Assembly: GCF_006345805.1 (NCBI RefSeq)
Contig: NC_042999.1
Location: 35,712,001 to 35,776,000, forward strand
Direction of reading: 5' to 3'
Length of the DNA stretch: 64,000 nucleotides
Source: Octopus sinensis
Taxonomy: Eukaryota
Position numbers and translations under genes: made by a program. The notes beneath the pieces are model-generated. The model had not been told where the DNA came from, ran no database searches, and saw nothing but the letters and a program-made list of their open reading frames with translations. Shown one piece after another: positions 1-57,103 of the stretch (position 1 is its first letter; each line of letters begins with the position of its first letter).

Positions 1-109
1 AAACGATATAGTTACAATGAATTATATTACTAAATATTAGTTTCGAATCTTAGCTGAAGGCCAATAAGTTCGGTGGGGTGGAGTGGGGTGGGGTAAGTTG
101 ATTAATATT

Positions 110-501
110 AACTCCAGTGTTCAACTGATACTCATTTTATTGATTCCGGAAGGATGAAAGACAAAAGCCGACCTCGGCGGAATTTGAACTCAGAATGTGA
201 AGACGGACGAAATACCTATTTCTTTATTACCCACAAGGGGCTAAACACAGAAGGGACAAACAAGGACAGACATAGGTATTAAGTCGATTACATCGACCCC
301 CAGTGCATAACTGGTACTTAATTTATCGACCCCGAAAGGATGAAAGGCAAAGTCGACCTCGGCGGAATTTGAACTCACAACGTAATGCAGACGAAATACC
401 GCTAAGCATTTCGCCCGGCGTGCTAACGTTTCTGCCAGCTCGACGAAATACCGCCAAGCATTTTGTCCAGCATGCTAACGGTTCTGCCAGCTCGCCGCCT
501 T
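110..501 (-). mobile_element. SINE family A (head aaggcggcgagctggcagaaacgttagc), one head plus repeated body
   Basis: Near-identical to more than 15 other copies in the window. Internal junction gaaata|ggtatttcgtc. Confidence 0.85.
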
Positions 502-931
502 GTATGGCACTATATGCTGAGGCAGCTATATTGGCTTTGGCAAATACAGTCAAATTAGAGAAATAAAGATGCAATAGATGAATGTAAGTTATTTGAAGAG
601 CGTGCTAATATACCTCCTTCTCTCCCTCTTGTTATACCGACAATCAGACTTTCTAATATTTACATAGGTGATAGCAGTAACTCGATTTCGGGCAATGCTA
701 TCGCTTGACTGTTCTCTTAAACATGAGCGGCACAGATATGGCTTTATAGTCCTGCCAGGGATCTACGCTCTTTGACACAGATGTAGTAATAATAGTCACC
801 GCTAACAGCAGGTGTTCAGAGACTTACCACTCTCGCCGACACATGACTTCATTCCATCATCGAATTTTTCAGTGTTTTACCTTTTTCGGTTATGACCAGC
901 CATAGTATGCAACGCATTTTATTTTTAAAGT

Positions 932-1260
932 CCCCTTTCAGTCATGAATGACCATGGGATTGCACCTAGAAAGTTCCCTTCCGAGGCACAGGTCCGAGCA
1001 AAGTTGTTTATGGAAGACCAGCAGTCGCCCATGCATACCAGCCTTCCCTCTCCACGTCACCAATTGTTATCCAAGGGAAAGGCAAAGGCTGATACAGTTT
1101 AGCACCAGAGACATCGCAACTCATTTCTACAGCTGAGTGAACTGGAGCAACGTGAAATAAAGTGCCTTGCTCAAGAACACAAAACACAGTCCAGTCCGGG
1201 ATCGAACTCACTACCTCATGATTGTAAGCCAGACGCTCTAACCACTGAGCCATGCGCAAC
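932..1260 (-). mobile_element. SINE family B (tRNA-derived head, CORE-like cttgagcaagacacttta segment)
   Basis: A/B-box head ggctcagtggttagagcg...gagttcgatccc. Shares its body with 3121, 8088 and 14557. Confidence 0.85.
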
Positions 1261-1389
1261 ACATAGAGATATTAAAAATCAAGCGAGGCTCGTGCCCGAA
1301 GCTCTATAAATGGAGGTCTTACACAGAGCCAATCCCGCTCTCTAAACAACGTAAGCATTTGCCTGAAAAGAAGAACTAATCACTACATC

Positions 1390-1650
1390 ACTGGATGTAA
1401 ATGAAGCCACGAGTGTAACACCAGTTTTCTTTCACTTAGGTTGTTTCTCATCCTCGGCCTTTGGATGGCCATTGACTCTACAGAGTTCGTATGCCCCGTG
1501 ACAGACTTTGTTTTGCGTCCTGCTGCGCCTCCAATGTAAACTACCCTCCTTACCAAGCAAACTTGGTAGGGTTGCCAATTCAGTAGCCGATGGCCCAACC
1601 ATGCAAAAGGTTGTCCCGAGTTACAATATTACCAGTAGCATTAAGAGCGA
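1390..1650 (-). repeat. Dispersed repeat related to 54285-54620, possibly a LINE 5' region
   Basis: Shared blocks such as caacc..ttgcatggt..ggcaaccctaccaag.ttgct...gagtcaa.ggccatccaa. The LINE assignment is a guess. Confidence 0.5.
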
Positions 1651-1664
1651 CCTGACAAATTTAT

Positions 1665-2449
1665 TTACATGCATACATACATGCATACATATATACATGC
1701 ATGCATACATACATGAATGCATACATGCATACATACATGAATGCATACATGAATGCATACATACATGAATGCATACATGCGTGCATGCATACATACACGA
1801 ATGCATACATACATGAATGCATACATACATACATACATGCATACATGCATACAAACATGAATGCATACATACATGCATACATACACGAATGCATACATAC
1901 ATGAATGCATACATGCATACATACATGCATGCATACATACATGAATGCATACATACATGCATACATGCATACATACATGAATGCATACATACATGAATGC
2001 ATACATACATGAATGCATACATGCATACATACATGCATACATACATACATACATGCATACATACATGCATACATGCATACAAACATGAATGCATACATGC
2101 ATACATACATGCATACATACACGAATGCATACATACATGAATGCATACATGCATACATACATGCATGCATACATACATGCATACATGCATACATACATGA
2201 ATGCATACATACATGAATGCATACATACATGAATGCATACATGCATACATACATGCATACATACATACATACATGCATACATACATGCATGCATACATAC
2301 ATGCATACATACATGCATACATGCATACAAACATGAATGCATGAATGCATACATACATGAATGCATACATGCGTGCATGCATGCAAACATCCATCCATCC
2401 ATCCATATATACATATATACATACATACATACATACATACATACATACA

Positions 2450-2480
<31 letters not shown>

Positions 2481-2490
2481 GTACGTACGT
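1665..2490. repeat. Compound (CATA)n array with CATG/GAAT variant units
   Basis: Read directly. Source of the MYVC/HTYI ORFs. Confidence 0.97.
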
Positions 2491-2740
2491 ATGTACAAAC
2501 ATTCCAAAACTTCTCCAGCTGAGATTGTTATGTGAATAAATATACACACTCTGGTACATGTATCGACATTTCAACTAATACATCCACATATTTATATACA
2601 CCGGGAACTCTTTTAACCCTAAAAGTCTTGTCGCTTTATTAAATAAAACTCAAAGAAAACCTATATACACATACATACATACATACATACATACATACAT
2701 ACATACATACATACATACATACATACATACATACATACAT

Positions 2741-3650
2741 GTATGTTATCTACCGATGAGACATGATGTTGTAGCTGGGACACTGTAAAATGAGATCCGT
2801 CGGAAGGACAACACCGAGGCCCCAAAAAGTAAGAACCCAAAGTATGGTAGAAGGCATAGCCATCCATAATGAAAAGGAGTACTGGTGGAATGTCCTAGTG
2901 ATAACCCAAGTAAAATGTAAACCTGATATAGTGATATGGAATAGAGAAGAGAAACTGTGTACATTTGTGGAAATCAGCTGCCTGGTGGATGTTATTATAA
3001 AGCTAAAAAGTTAAGCGAAAACGAAAATACGCTGGACTATTGAACTATTCAGATTACAAGTTCAGGTTTATACTTGTAATTATTGGGGCCCTGGGATATG
3101 TAACACACTGCCTGGATACCGTGAAGGCGCATGGATCAGCGGTTAGAGCGTCGAGCTTACGATCGTGGGGTCGTGAGTTCGAATCCCGGAGCTGGCTGCG
3201 TGTTGTGTTCTTGAGCAAGACACTTTATTTCACGTTGCTCCAGTTCACTCAGCTGTAGAAATGAGTTGCGACGTCACAGGTGCCAAGCTGTATCGACCTT
3301 TGTCTTTCCCTTGGATAACATCAGTGGCGTGGAGAGGGAAGGCTGGTATGCATGGGCAACTGCTGGTCTTCCATAAACAACCTTGCCCAGACTTGTGTCT
3401 AGGAGGGTAACTTTCTAGGTGCAATCCCATGGTCACTCATGACCGAAGGGGGTCGTAGTAGTAGTAGCCTAGATACCAATCTTAAGAAATTAGGCTTCTC
3501 GAAACCAGAAAGGAGAAACCTAATTCGAAGACTACAGATCCATTCCATCACTGGAACTGTAAAAATCTGTAAAACTTTGCAGAAGTTTATCATTTAAATA
3601 TATATGAGCATGTCTAGGTATGCAACTATATGCATGAGAATACACACATA
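2741..3650 (+). mobile_element. 5'-truncated RLE-type non-LTR retrotransposon fragment interrupted by a SINE
   Basis: Translates to YWWNV...KPDIVIWNREEKLCTFVEISC...IIGALGYVTHCL / NLKKLGFSKPERRNLIRRLQIHSITGTVKICK (PD..D/E-type nuclease C-terminus). Flanked by (CATA)n on both sides. Confidence 0.85.
3121..3467 (+). mobile_element. SINE family B nested in the LINE, 10-bp target-site duplication (TSD)
   Basis: cctggatacc (3111-3120) and cctagatacc (3468-3477). The uninterrupted copy near 40563 has this motif only once. Confidence 0.9.
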
Positions 3651-4253
3651 AAACATACATACATACACATACATACATACATACATACATACATACATAC
3701 ATACATACATACATACATACATTCATACACACATACATATTTACATACATACATGCAATGCTTGCAACAAAATATTATGTAGAAATCTATTTTAATTAGG
3801 CATTCAATGTTGAAACATAAAAATATATTTTAATGAAGAATTGAGCAAAAGTGTAACGACATAGTCATGTGACCTGCTAGAAATAGCATCGACCAATAAC
3901 TTCGACCAATAACTTAGCCATACTTAGCTAGGTACCTTCAAGTGGTCGCTCGATCAGCAAGAAATAGCAGCCAAATCTGATTTAAAGAAGACGGTAGATA
4001 ATGCAGTTCGTATGAGACGAGACAGACGGAATGCTATGTAGTTCTGTAGTGTGTGTTATCCTTTATCCTAATAGGCTAGGCTATACTGGAACAAAGGCTT
4101 TAGACTAGAATGTTCCATCCCGTGTCTTTCTCCGTCTAATTCCAATGTTCTCTTCTATATCATCACTGGATATTCTGATATACGTGCTATCACTCCATGG
4201 CCGCAATTTAAGCGCATTTGAGCATTGGTTTGCCCGATCGACGAGGTTTTGGG

Positions 4254-4254
<1 letters not shown>

Positions 4255-4334
<80 letters not shown>

Positions 4335-4371
4335 ACTACTACTACTGCTGCTGCTGCTGCTACTGCTGCTG

Positions 4372-4431
<60 letters not shown>
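4255..4431. repeat. (CTA)n/(CTG)n compound trinucleotide tract
   Basis: Read directly. Confidence 0.97.
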
Positions 4432-4432
<1 letters not shown>

Positions 4433-4900
4433 ACATACAGACACACAATTACACGTCCATATACACCTTACGTTACTAAAAGTACATGTGCTTCCGTATT
4501 CTTCAGATGCTTTTGAACGACTTCATTTGACTGAATTATCGGAAATTCTTGATGGCGGTATCCACCATCCGTAAGTGGTTTTAATTTTCTCGCTACCATC
4601 TGTTAATATACGCTCTGTGTATGTGTATGTAATGTATGTGCATATGCATGTATGTATGTATGTATGTATGTATGTATGTATGTATGTATGTATGTATGTA
4701 TGTATGTATTTGTATGTATGCATGCGTGTGTATGTGTGTGTATGTATGCATGCATTAAGGCGCGGGCGTGGGTGTATGGTAAGAAGTTTGCTTCCCAACC
4801 ATATGGTTTCGGGTTCAGTGTCTTCTACTATAGCCCCCGGGACGACCAAAGTCTTGTGAGTTGATTTGATAGACGGAAACTGAAACAAAGCCTGTATTTA

Positions 4901-4945
<45 letters not shown>

Positions 4946-5784
4946 GCATATATGTGTACAGGACGTCACCAACTGTAAGTAATATGAAATACGAAAGCAA
5001 ATGAGTTCAATATGCAAACAACGGGAGGAAGAAATGGAAAACATGACAAGTAACATAAAGAACGACCCTTCATCAGTTGTCAGTTGTCTATCTGCTCCTC
5101 ATTTCAAGCAGGTGTCTTTGAAGACAGTTGCTCCCATAAATTCCAAAACAAAATTTGGGATTTATGGAGGGTCAAAGTTGGGAACAAAAACAGGACAGTG
5201 GAGACATACAAGGAAACCAAACAAAAGCAAACATGGAGGGTCATTAGATCAGGACGAGGGTAAAATAACGAATGCTGGAGAAATATTCTTTTGACAAAAG
5301 AAAAGATAAAAGAGAGAGATAGGATACATGCTGTCCTTAAGACAGCCCCGAAAGAAAAGAAAGATGATCACGCGAGGAAGAGAAAGATGGACGATGGTCA
5401 CATGTGAGCAACGAGAGAGGGAAACGGAGAAAGAGAGAGAGAGAGAGAGAAATGTGGATGCGTGTATGTATCATTGTATTTGTGTTTGACCACACCGCCG
5501 CTTGACACCGCTGTTGGTTTGTTTGCACCGCCGTAAAATAGCGGTTTGCCAAAAGGCGAACGATATTTAAGTAGGAGGCTTTAAAAAAACGTGTACTGGA
5601 GTCGTTTTTTTCGACTAAAATCTTCAAGTCAGTGTCGCAGCATGGTCGCCGTCCAATGACGAAAACAAGTTAAAGAAAGAATAAAAGAATAGTATGCGTG
5701 TATGTACGTACGTACGTATGTATGTGTGTATATATGTATGTATGCATGTACGTACGCATGTATGTATACATGTACGTACGTATG

Positions 5785-5818
<34 letters not shown>

Positions 5819-5912
5819 TGTATGTATGTATGTATGTATGTATGTGCGTGTTTGCGTACGTACGTACGTATGTATGTATGTGCGTGCGTGCATAGGTACG
5901 TAGGTACGTATG

Positions 5913-5946
<34 letters not shown>

Positions 5947-6005
5947 TGTATTATGCATGTATGTACGTACGTACGTGTGTGTGTATGTATGTATATATGT
6001 ATGTA

Positions 6006-6113
6006 TATCATTATTCAATTTATTTCAAGATTTCTTGCCAATAAAGAAAGAACCGGTTTCTAAACCTAGATCCAAGGCTTCTTCATTGGAATTTCGACAT
6101 CAACAACAGGGTA
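6006..6113 (-). repeat. Solo copy of a ~100-nt module that follows the LINE at 40801; also at 35027-35130, 41115-41213, 41231-41330
   Basis: tcaagatttcttgccaata..gaaagaaccggtttctaaacctagatccaagg, always abutting (TATG)n/(CATA)n. Confidence 0.8.
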
Positions 6114-6215
6114 TGTATGTATGTATGTATGTATGTATGTATGTATGTATGTATGTATGTATGTATGTATGTATGTATGTATGTATGTATGTATACATCA
6201 ATGTATTGTATTAAG

Positions 6216-6276
6216 GCTTGTGGTTGAGCTTACACAATTAGTAGTGCAGGATTACTTTAGTGATGGAAAAAGGGAA
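6216..6276 (+). CDS. Tentative upstream prodomain exon LVVELTQLVVQDYFSDGKRE
   Basis: Open frame after ttaag. The phase-0 donor gaa|gtgaaa fits the next exon but implies only a 56-nt intron. Both splice sites are weak. Confidence 0.35.
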
Positions 6277-6332
6277 GTGAAACTGGACCAAGGAGGTCAT
6301 TAAATTAGTAACCTGTTTTTATTTTTGTTTAG

Positions 6333-49695
<43,363 letters not shown>

Positions 49696-50361
49696 GTAGG
49701 GACAAGTTTAATGAAGATTGGTCGTCTCATTTTTGGCTTAAGTTTTTTCGTATGTATTCTGACTTTTGTTTTCTACTTTCTGGATTTGGAAGAAGGAGCA
49801 GCACTCTTAGCTTCGCAGGTCTTTCGAGATGACGACTCTGCGGTTATTAATGTTTCACTTAAACTCAGAGATGTACCCCGCAGAAGGATGGATTACTAAG
49901 AAGAGAAAGAGGGGGGAAATTTAGCTTAGATACAAAGCAATCAAAAGACTGGAAGTCTCTAAAAAGAGATTCTTGTTCACTCAGAATGCATTAACTTTAC
50001 AGTACTTCAAACAAGAATTACTAGCGTACTTAATCTATGCTGACATGAAAAGATGACCAATTAAATACTTTGCATGTCTTCAAGGATATGTGGGACCTTT
50101 ATGTTTTAGCAGAGTGTGATATATTTCTAAATGATATTTTCGCCACACTCTATTTGAAAAAGATGATTGAGGCTGATGAAGACAGTCAGATTCGTGGTTA
50201 GCCCTCAACCAATACATACGGTTGTTTATATATATATGTATATGTACACACACACCACACACACACACACCACACACATGTAAAACCTTTTAGTATTACA
50301 TTTGTTTTGTAAGCATAAAGTTTTGTGACCGATAAAGAAAAATAATCATCATCCTCATTGT

Positions 50362-50392
<31 letters not shown>

Positions 50393-51423
50393 AGCAGCGG
50401 TAGCAGTAAGATTGTCATCATCACCATGATAGATTGGCAGAATCGCTAGAGCGTCAGCTTTGCGGTTTATTTTTTTGGCCCTTTTGGTTCGGAGTTCACA
50501 TTTCGCGGAGGTCAATTTTGACCTTCATATTTTCCGGAGTTAGTAAAATAAAATACCAGTCAAGTCCTGTATCCGATGGTGTCCAATTCTCCCAATCCTT
50601 AAAATTGCTAACCTTATGCATAAATCAAAAGCAATTATTAAGATAGGTGGGTTGGCATAATTGTTAGTGTTGGAAAAATTACATTACAATATTTCTTCCT
50701 ACTCTTCATGTTCTTAGTTCAAATCATGCCGACATCAGCTTTGCCTTTCATCCTTTCCAGAGTCGATAAAATATAGGAGGCGTCAAGTACAGGTGTTGAT
50801 ATAATCACCCCCAACCTTCTTGAAAATTACTGTCCTCCTGGCACCTGGAATGTCATCAGGCGGCTTACATCCGTGGAAATTCCACCTTAGCAATATATAG
50901 AAGACTTGCGGTAGATGGTCGATAAAAGTCTTAGAGAGGCTCTAGCCGTCGACGAAGACGAACTGAAAAGTCTGTTCCGAAGTACTTTTAAGCCTGAGAC
51001 TACGATGGATAATCTTGGTGTTGCAGCACAACCAAGAGGCATTACTAGTTAGAGATAGATCTTACGAGCACTGAAGTGCTCACGATGTGGGATGTGCGCA
51101 GTGAGGCGAAACTGTACTGCATGCACTCGTGCAATGTCTAAACATTGCTGACTAGTAATGTTATATCAAAAAAATTTTGTCATTTGCAAGACAGATCCGG
51201 TTATCAACCGAATCATTCGGGTAAATCTCCCCATAGCAGTCCTTTAAGAATGCTGGACAGGGAGGTTTTATTCTGTTTGGCGGATATGGTGAAATGGGCT
51301 GTGTAGAGGACGAAACTGAGAGGATTGAAATTAGTTACCTTCCACCCCCATTAAGCTCTCATCAACTTTTCCATAGCCGGGCTATTTCGTACTCAAGAAG
51401 GTTCTGTCTGTCTATCTGTCTGA

Positions 51424-51508
<85 letters not shown>

Positions 51509-51519
51509 CATCTATCATT

Positions 51520-52140
51520 TTGTCTTCTTTCTTGACTATTCGTTGGTCAAAGGGGTATGCAACGTCAACTATATAGCATATGTGGTGCACCTTGTCTACT
51601 ACCAATAGGTCCGGTCTGTTATGCTCTAGCACCTGATCTGTTTGGATTGGGAAATCCCAGAGGATTTTGCTCGTCTCCAACTCAGCCACTCTCTGTGGCT
51701 GGTGTTCATTCCACGTCTTGCCTCTCTCTAGCTTCCACTTTCCACAGTTTCCAATGTAGCACTTTCGTTACCTGGTCGTGTCGCCACAACTTGTAGTAGT
51801 TTTGGGTAAGTCAAAGGCATTCGTTCGTGATATAGGTAATGGTTTCATCCACCCTATTGCAAATGCGGCACAGCGGAGACATTTGCTCATTCTTAAGGTT
51901 GACCCTCTAGTTCGTGGCCAAAGCTTGGTCCTGCACTGCCAGTATAGTGCTCTCGATCTCTCTTTTTAGGGTTTTTTCATCAGCCAATCTCACCTATTTT
52001 TTCCATCAACTTCTGTTGTGGTTACATGGAATCAATTGTGCAGTTCCTTTTTGCATAATTCTTCTTCATGTCCCTTTTGTACTTTTTCATTTATTTTCAC
52101 TTTTTTTATGCTCTCAATAATCCTACGTTCCTAACTGTCA
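51520..52140 (-). mobile_element. RLE-type LINE fragment (CCHC knuckle + PD..D nuclease)
   Basis: QDQALATN, CRICNRVDETITYITNEC, RHDQV, KILWDFPIQTD...HNRPDLLVVDK...IVDVAYPFD. Confidence 0.88.
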
Positions 52141-52214
52141 CTAGCAAAATTTTCTTTACTTTGGACTAGGTATCTCATTAAGCTTTCGAGTTCAATACGC
52201 ACGCAGTCTTCCAA

Positions 52215-52390
<176 letters not shown>

Positions 52391-52939
52391 TCACAGGCAT
52401 TTGGATGCGATTCCAGATTTCCAGCGCAACATCATGGCAATGATCCTCTTTGCAGTGTACCAGTGAGTTTAAAATAAACGCATGCAAAATTGCTAGGAAC
52501 AGCAAAGAAGAGAAAAGGAAGAGAGAGAGGGGTTGGGTGGAGAGAAAGACTGAGAGAAAGAGCGAGAGAGAGATAGAGAAAAAGAAGTAGAGATAGAAAG
52601 AAAGAAAGAGAGAGAGAGAGAAATGAGTGTAATTAAACGTCTTCTTGGGAAAATCCATTGCTAAAATATAGAAGATTTGTACAACCATCGAATAAAACAT
52701 TTCACTCTTTAAGCATTCCCTTACTTTCAGTTTCAGTTTCTAAATCTACGTGTAGCTATTAAAGGACAATCCACATAAATTGTCTTTTGAACCAACGAGG
52801 GAGCCGCTACATAGACGCTGTATTGGTGCAAATAGTAGCCAAATCTCCCGCAAATAACAAGCCACAGTTTTCAAAGAAAAGGAAATGCACAAATGATGAT
52901 GTAGTCCCAGTGATATATATATATAAACAATATATATAT

Positions 52940-53172
52940 AAGGCGGCGAGCTGGCAGAAACGTTAGCACGTCGGGCGAAATGCTTAGTGGTATTTCGTCT
53001 GTCGCTACGCTCTGAGTTCAAATTCCGCCGAGGTCGACTTTGCCTTTCATCCTTTCGGGGTCGATTAAATAAGTACCAGTTACGCATTGGGGTCGATATA
53101 ATCGACTTAATCCGTTTGTCTGTCCTTGTTTGTCCTCTCTGTGTTTAGCCCCTTGTGGGTAGTAAAGAAATA
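52940..53172 (+). mobile_element. SINE family A monomer
   Basis: Homology. Flank gatatatataaacaa approximately duplicated. Confidence 0.88.
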
Positions 53173-53568
53173 GATATATATAAACAAGCTGGTTACTGCT
53201 TGAACGCTTTTGGAGGCAATATCGCTTAGCGCCAAACAATAATTAGGAACAAAAGAAGTTTAGATTAGTTAAAATATGCTTGGGACATTTTAAATTCTAA
53301 AGGCAAATTCACTGCAGTTACCGGTGAGAAAGATTCTCTCTTATGGTAAAGGGTGTAAAAATACCATATCTGCCCCGTGCTTCCCCATATCGGATTCCGA
53401 GATGATCGTTTCTGACTCTTTAGCCGTCCTCAATGGGAAATACAAATGAGAGTAACTTCAGTGAATTTGCCTTTAGAAGTTGAATATGTTACAAATATAT
53501 TTTAACTCACCTTAAAGTTGGTTTATTCTTTATCACTGCTTGGCACCAATGCTGTTATATTTATCCTG

Positions 53569-53953
53569 GTGGAGGCACAATGGCCCAGTGGTTAGGGCAG
53601 CGGACTCGCGGTCGTAGGATCGCTGTTTCGATTCCCAGACCGGGCGTTGTGAGTGTTTATTGAGCGAAAACGCCTAAAGCTCCACGAGGCTCCGGCAGGG
53701 ATGGTGGTGATCCCTGCTGTACTCTTTCACCACAACTTTCTCTCACTCTACCTTCCTGTTTCTGTTGTAACTGTATTTCAAGGGGCCGGCCTTGTCACTC
53801 TCTGTGTCACGCTGAATATCCCCGAGAATTACGTTAAGAGTACACGTGTCTGTGGAGTGCTCAGCCACTTACACGTTAATTTCACGAGCAGGCTGTTCCG
53901 TTGATTCGGATCAACCGGAACCCTCGTCGTCGTAACCGACGGAGTGCTTCCAC
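53569..53953 (+). mobile_element. Young SINE family C, 12-bp TSD atatttatcctg
   Basis: TSD at 53557-53568 and 53954-53965. Confidence 0.93.
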
Positions 53954-54858
53954 ATATTTATCCTGACCAGGCGGTCGAATGATACAACATAGTCACAGAT
54001 GTTTTTTTTTGTTTTTTTTTTTTAATAAAGCTACGGCTTTAATCTGCCCAGGATTATTTCTCTGCGTTAATTCTCATTGGGGAAAACTAAAGAGTCAGAA
54101 ACGGCCCTTTTGGAATCTGATAGGGGGGGGGGGGAAGCACTGGTCAAATATGGTGTTTTCACAACTTTTACTATAAGAGAGAATTTCTTCTCCGCGTTAA
54201 TTGTAGTGAATCTGCCTTTAGAAGTTAAAATATATAACAAACATATTTTAACTAACGTAAAGTTTGGTAGCATGTAACCCAGTACAACCTGTTGCATGGT
54301 CGGGTCGTTGGCAACTAAACCGGCAACCCTACCAAGCTTGCTTTGTGAGGAGGGTGTTTATTGGACAGCCTGCGGGATGAAAAACAAAACTCGTCAAAGG
54401 GCGGAGGAACTCTTGAGAGTCAACGGCCATCCAATAAATGTCTTAAGGCTGTATCATGCGCGGGGACATAGAAATAATCGGACTGAATACCCGATCGCGC
54501 GGTTAAACCATTGGGAGTGAAGGACTCCTAGCCTTTGTCAGGGTATCCTTCTAGGAGAAGGTAACTTAGGTAACTGGGATAACTCCGACATAAAACCTGC
54601 GGCTCAGTGGTTACCGATGATGTTGACTTGTTCTTCTTTTCGGATTATGGCTGCTGTTGCTTAGTTAGTGGGATTGACTCTGTGCACAGCCTTTCCTCAC
54701 TTAAAAAAATCTTCTTGCACAGGCATTGCACAATAACAACATTGATTAAGCTTCGTGCAATGGCCATACTCGATAACGAGGGGGCAGCCACCATGTATGT
54801 ATGTATGTATGTATGTATGTATGTATGTATGTATGTATGTATGTATGTATGCATCTAT

Positions 54859-54906
<48 letters not shown>

Positions 54907-55330
54907 ACACATATCTTTGAAGGTTGTCTCCTTTCCGTAATCCTGGATAGGGGCTCATACCGGGTACTATCAGCCGGAGCCAGCTGAGCCCGGGACTCGT
55001 GTCAGGCAAGGTCGTCACTCCTTGAAGTAGGAAAGAAATTTGCTACCCACTACCCTTATATATATATATGTATATACACACATCTCGATACAAGGGCAAA
55101 CAATTCACGAGAAGAATAACTCCGCAAAAATTAATTTGCTAAGATATTATTCATTTTGTTGTAATCTAGTATGACTATTTTTAAAAATGATAATAGCAGA
55201 ATCAATAATATAGGCGATTGCAGCCCCTCACCAAACACTAAATTGCTGAAGGATTAAAATTATTCAAAGGACATACTAAGTATGTTTACCTGCTAAAAAT
55301 AACAGTCAAAACTCTTATTGTGGGAGATGA

Positions 55331-55567
55331 ATGGAAACGCAGGCTGAAGAAACTAAGGCAATTTTTTGCCAGTGCAGAAACCGGTTCACGTGGAAACGCA
55401 GGCTGAAGAAACTAAGGCAATTTTTTGCCAGTGCAGAAACCGGTTCACGTGGAAACGCAGGCTGAAGAAACTAAGGCAATTTTTGACAGTGCAGAAACCG
55501 GTTCACGTGGAAACGCAGGCTGAAGAAACTAAGGCAATTTTTTGACAGTGCAGAAACCGGTTCGCGT
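55331..55567. repeat. Minisatellite, 4 x 59 bp
   Basis: Unit gtggaaacgcaggctgaagaaactaaggcaattttttgccagtgcagaaaccggttcac at 55331, 55390, 55449 and 55507. Confidence 0.96.
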
Positions 55568-56595
55568 GAGTCCAAATACTCAAATGTACGTTAGGAGATT
55601 TTATTAACCTGATCTGCCTTCGGTTGATTTCTGCCGTTATTATCAGTGTATTTTGGCGATTTAAATAAGTGTTTTGACTGTTATTTCTAGCAGATAGACA
55701 TATTTAGTATGTCCTTTGATTCATTTTAATCCTTCAGCTATATGTACATCTATGTATATATATATATGCATATATTTATATATGCATATATACATACATA
55801 AATTAAGTACCAGTTGCGTATTGGGATCAATCTAATCGACTGGCCCCCTCCCCTTTAAATTTCGGGTCTTGTGCCTAAAGTAGAAAAGAATATTGTCTCA
55901 GAAACGACAAATGCCCAAGTGAGTGTTAAGATTGTTATATCATTCTTGTTATGTTGTCTGTATATTTGATGGAGACTTAAAATCTTTATAAACGAGCCAA
56001 AAATACAAAAATGTACGAAATGTATAAAACTTGCGTGCCATCCGTCATCATCGCCAGTAAATTTGGGATTCAAATAATGGCGTTGTTTTCTTTTCTTTCT
56101 AATGGTTTTTACTGATTACTGATGGCAAGTTTAACGGCTATTTTTACCTAACGCTGTTTTCTCCCTTAACACCATCAATGGTTTCGTGTTAAGGTGATTT
56201 TAGCGGTTACTTGGTAAATAACCATTAGCTCTGCTTCATTAAATTAGCTATTTAATAATGAAACCGATATAAAATGGATACATAGGCAAATACATAATGA
56301 TTACCTGTGAAACAGCTATTTCCAATTCTCGTAATATCAGTATTGATCGTTGTCTTTTTGTCTCTTACCTGAGGTGTGAAAACAGTCATTCAATTTTAAA
56401 AAGGAACAACGTGTTAGAAAGCTATCTAGTCTTACTTCATTACCAAACTGCCTTTATTTGCTTCATTAGTCATTTATCGTGTAATTTGAATAATGATTTC
56501 GTTCCTTCATTAAGTCTTTTCTCGAGTTGTTTTTGTGAAGTAACCACTAATGTATATAGAACAACTTAAGGTTTACGATATTTTAAAAATCTATT

Positions 56596-57103
56596 AAGGC
56601 GGCGAGCTGGCAGAAACGTTAGCAGGCCGGGCGACATGCGTAGCCGTATTTCGTCTGCTGTTACGTTCTGAGTTCAAATTCCGCGGAGGTCGACTTTGCT
56701 TTTCATCCTTTCGGGGTCTATAAATCAAGTACCAGTTACGCACTGGGGTCGATGTAATCGACTTAATCCGTCTGTCTGTCCTTGTTTGTCCCTTCTATGT
56801 TTAGCCCGTTGTGGACAGTAAAGAAATATATATAGAACAACTTAAGGTTAACGATATTTTAAAAATCTATTAAGGCGGCGAGCTAACAGAAACGTTAGCA
56901 CGCCGAACGACATGCGCAGCTGTATTTCGTCCGTCGCTGCGTTCTGAGTTCAAATTCTGCCGAGGTCGACTTTGCTTTTCATCCTTTCGGGGTCGATAAA
57001 TTAAGTACCAGTTACGCACTGGGGCCGATGTAATCGACTTAATCCGTTTGTCTGTCCTTGTTTGTCCCCTCTGTGTGTAGCCCCTTGTGGGTAGTAAAGA
57101 AAT
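56596..57103 (+). mobile_element. Two tandem SINE family A copies separated by a 43-bp duplicated flank
   Basis: Flank at 56553-56595 is repeated at 56829-56871. Confidence 0.9.

Noticed and set aside
70-95. G-rich run ggtggggtggagtggggtgggg as a G-quadruplex
   Set aside because: It is a short run at the edge of a SINE-related repeat with no functional context.
303-574. Recurring ORF MRNWYL..RPRKDERQSRPRRNLNSER (also 8641, 9687, 17176, 20000, 52746)
   Set aside because: It is the antisense reading of SINE family A, not a gene family.
1621-2574. Long ORFs of MYVC/HTYI type (also at 5600-6200, 35056-35629, 39680-40364, 60057-61892) and poly-I/Y/S/L/H ORFs
   Set aside because: These are translations of stop-free microsatellites with no domain content or splice support.
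51059-51151. ILRALKCSRCGMCAV...-stop as the missing ADAMTS CGVC exon
   Set aside because: There is no polypyrimidine tract before the AG and no GCD motif. Probably chance.
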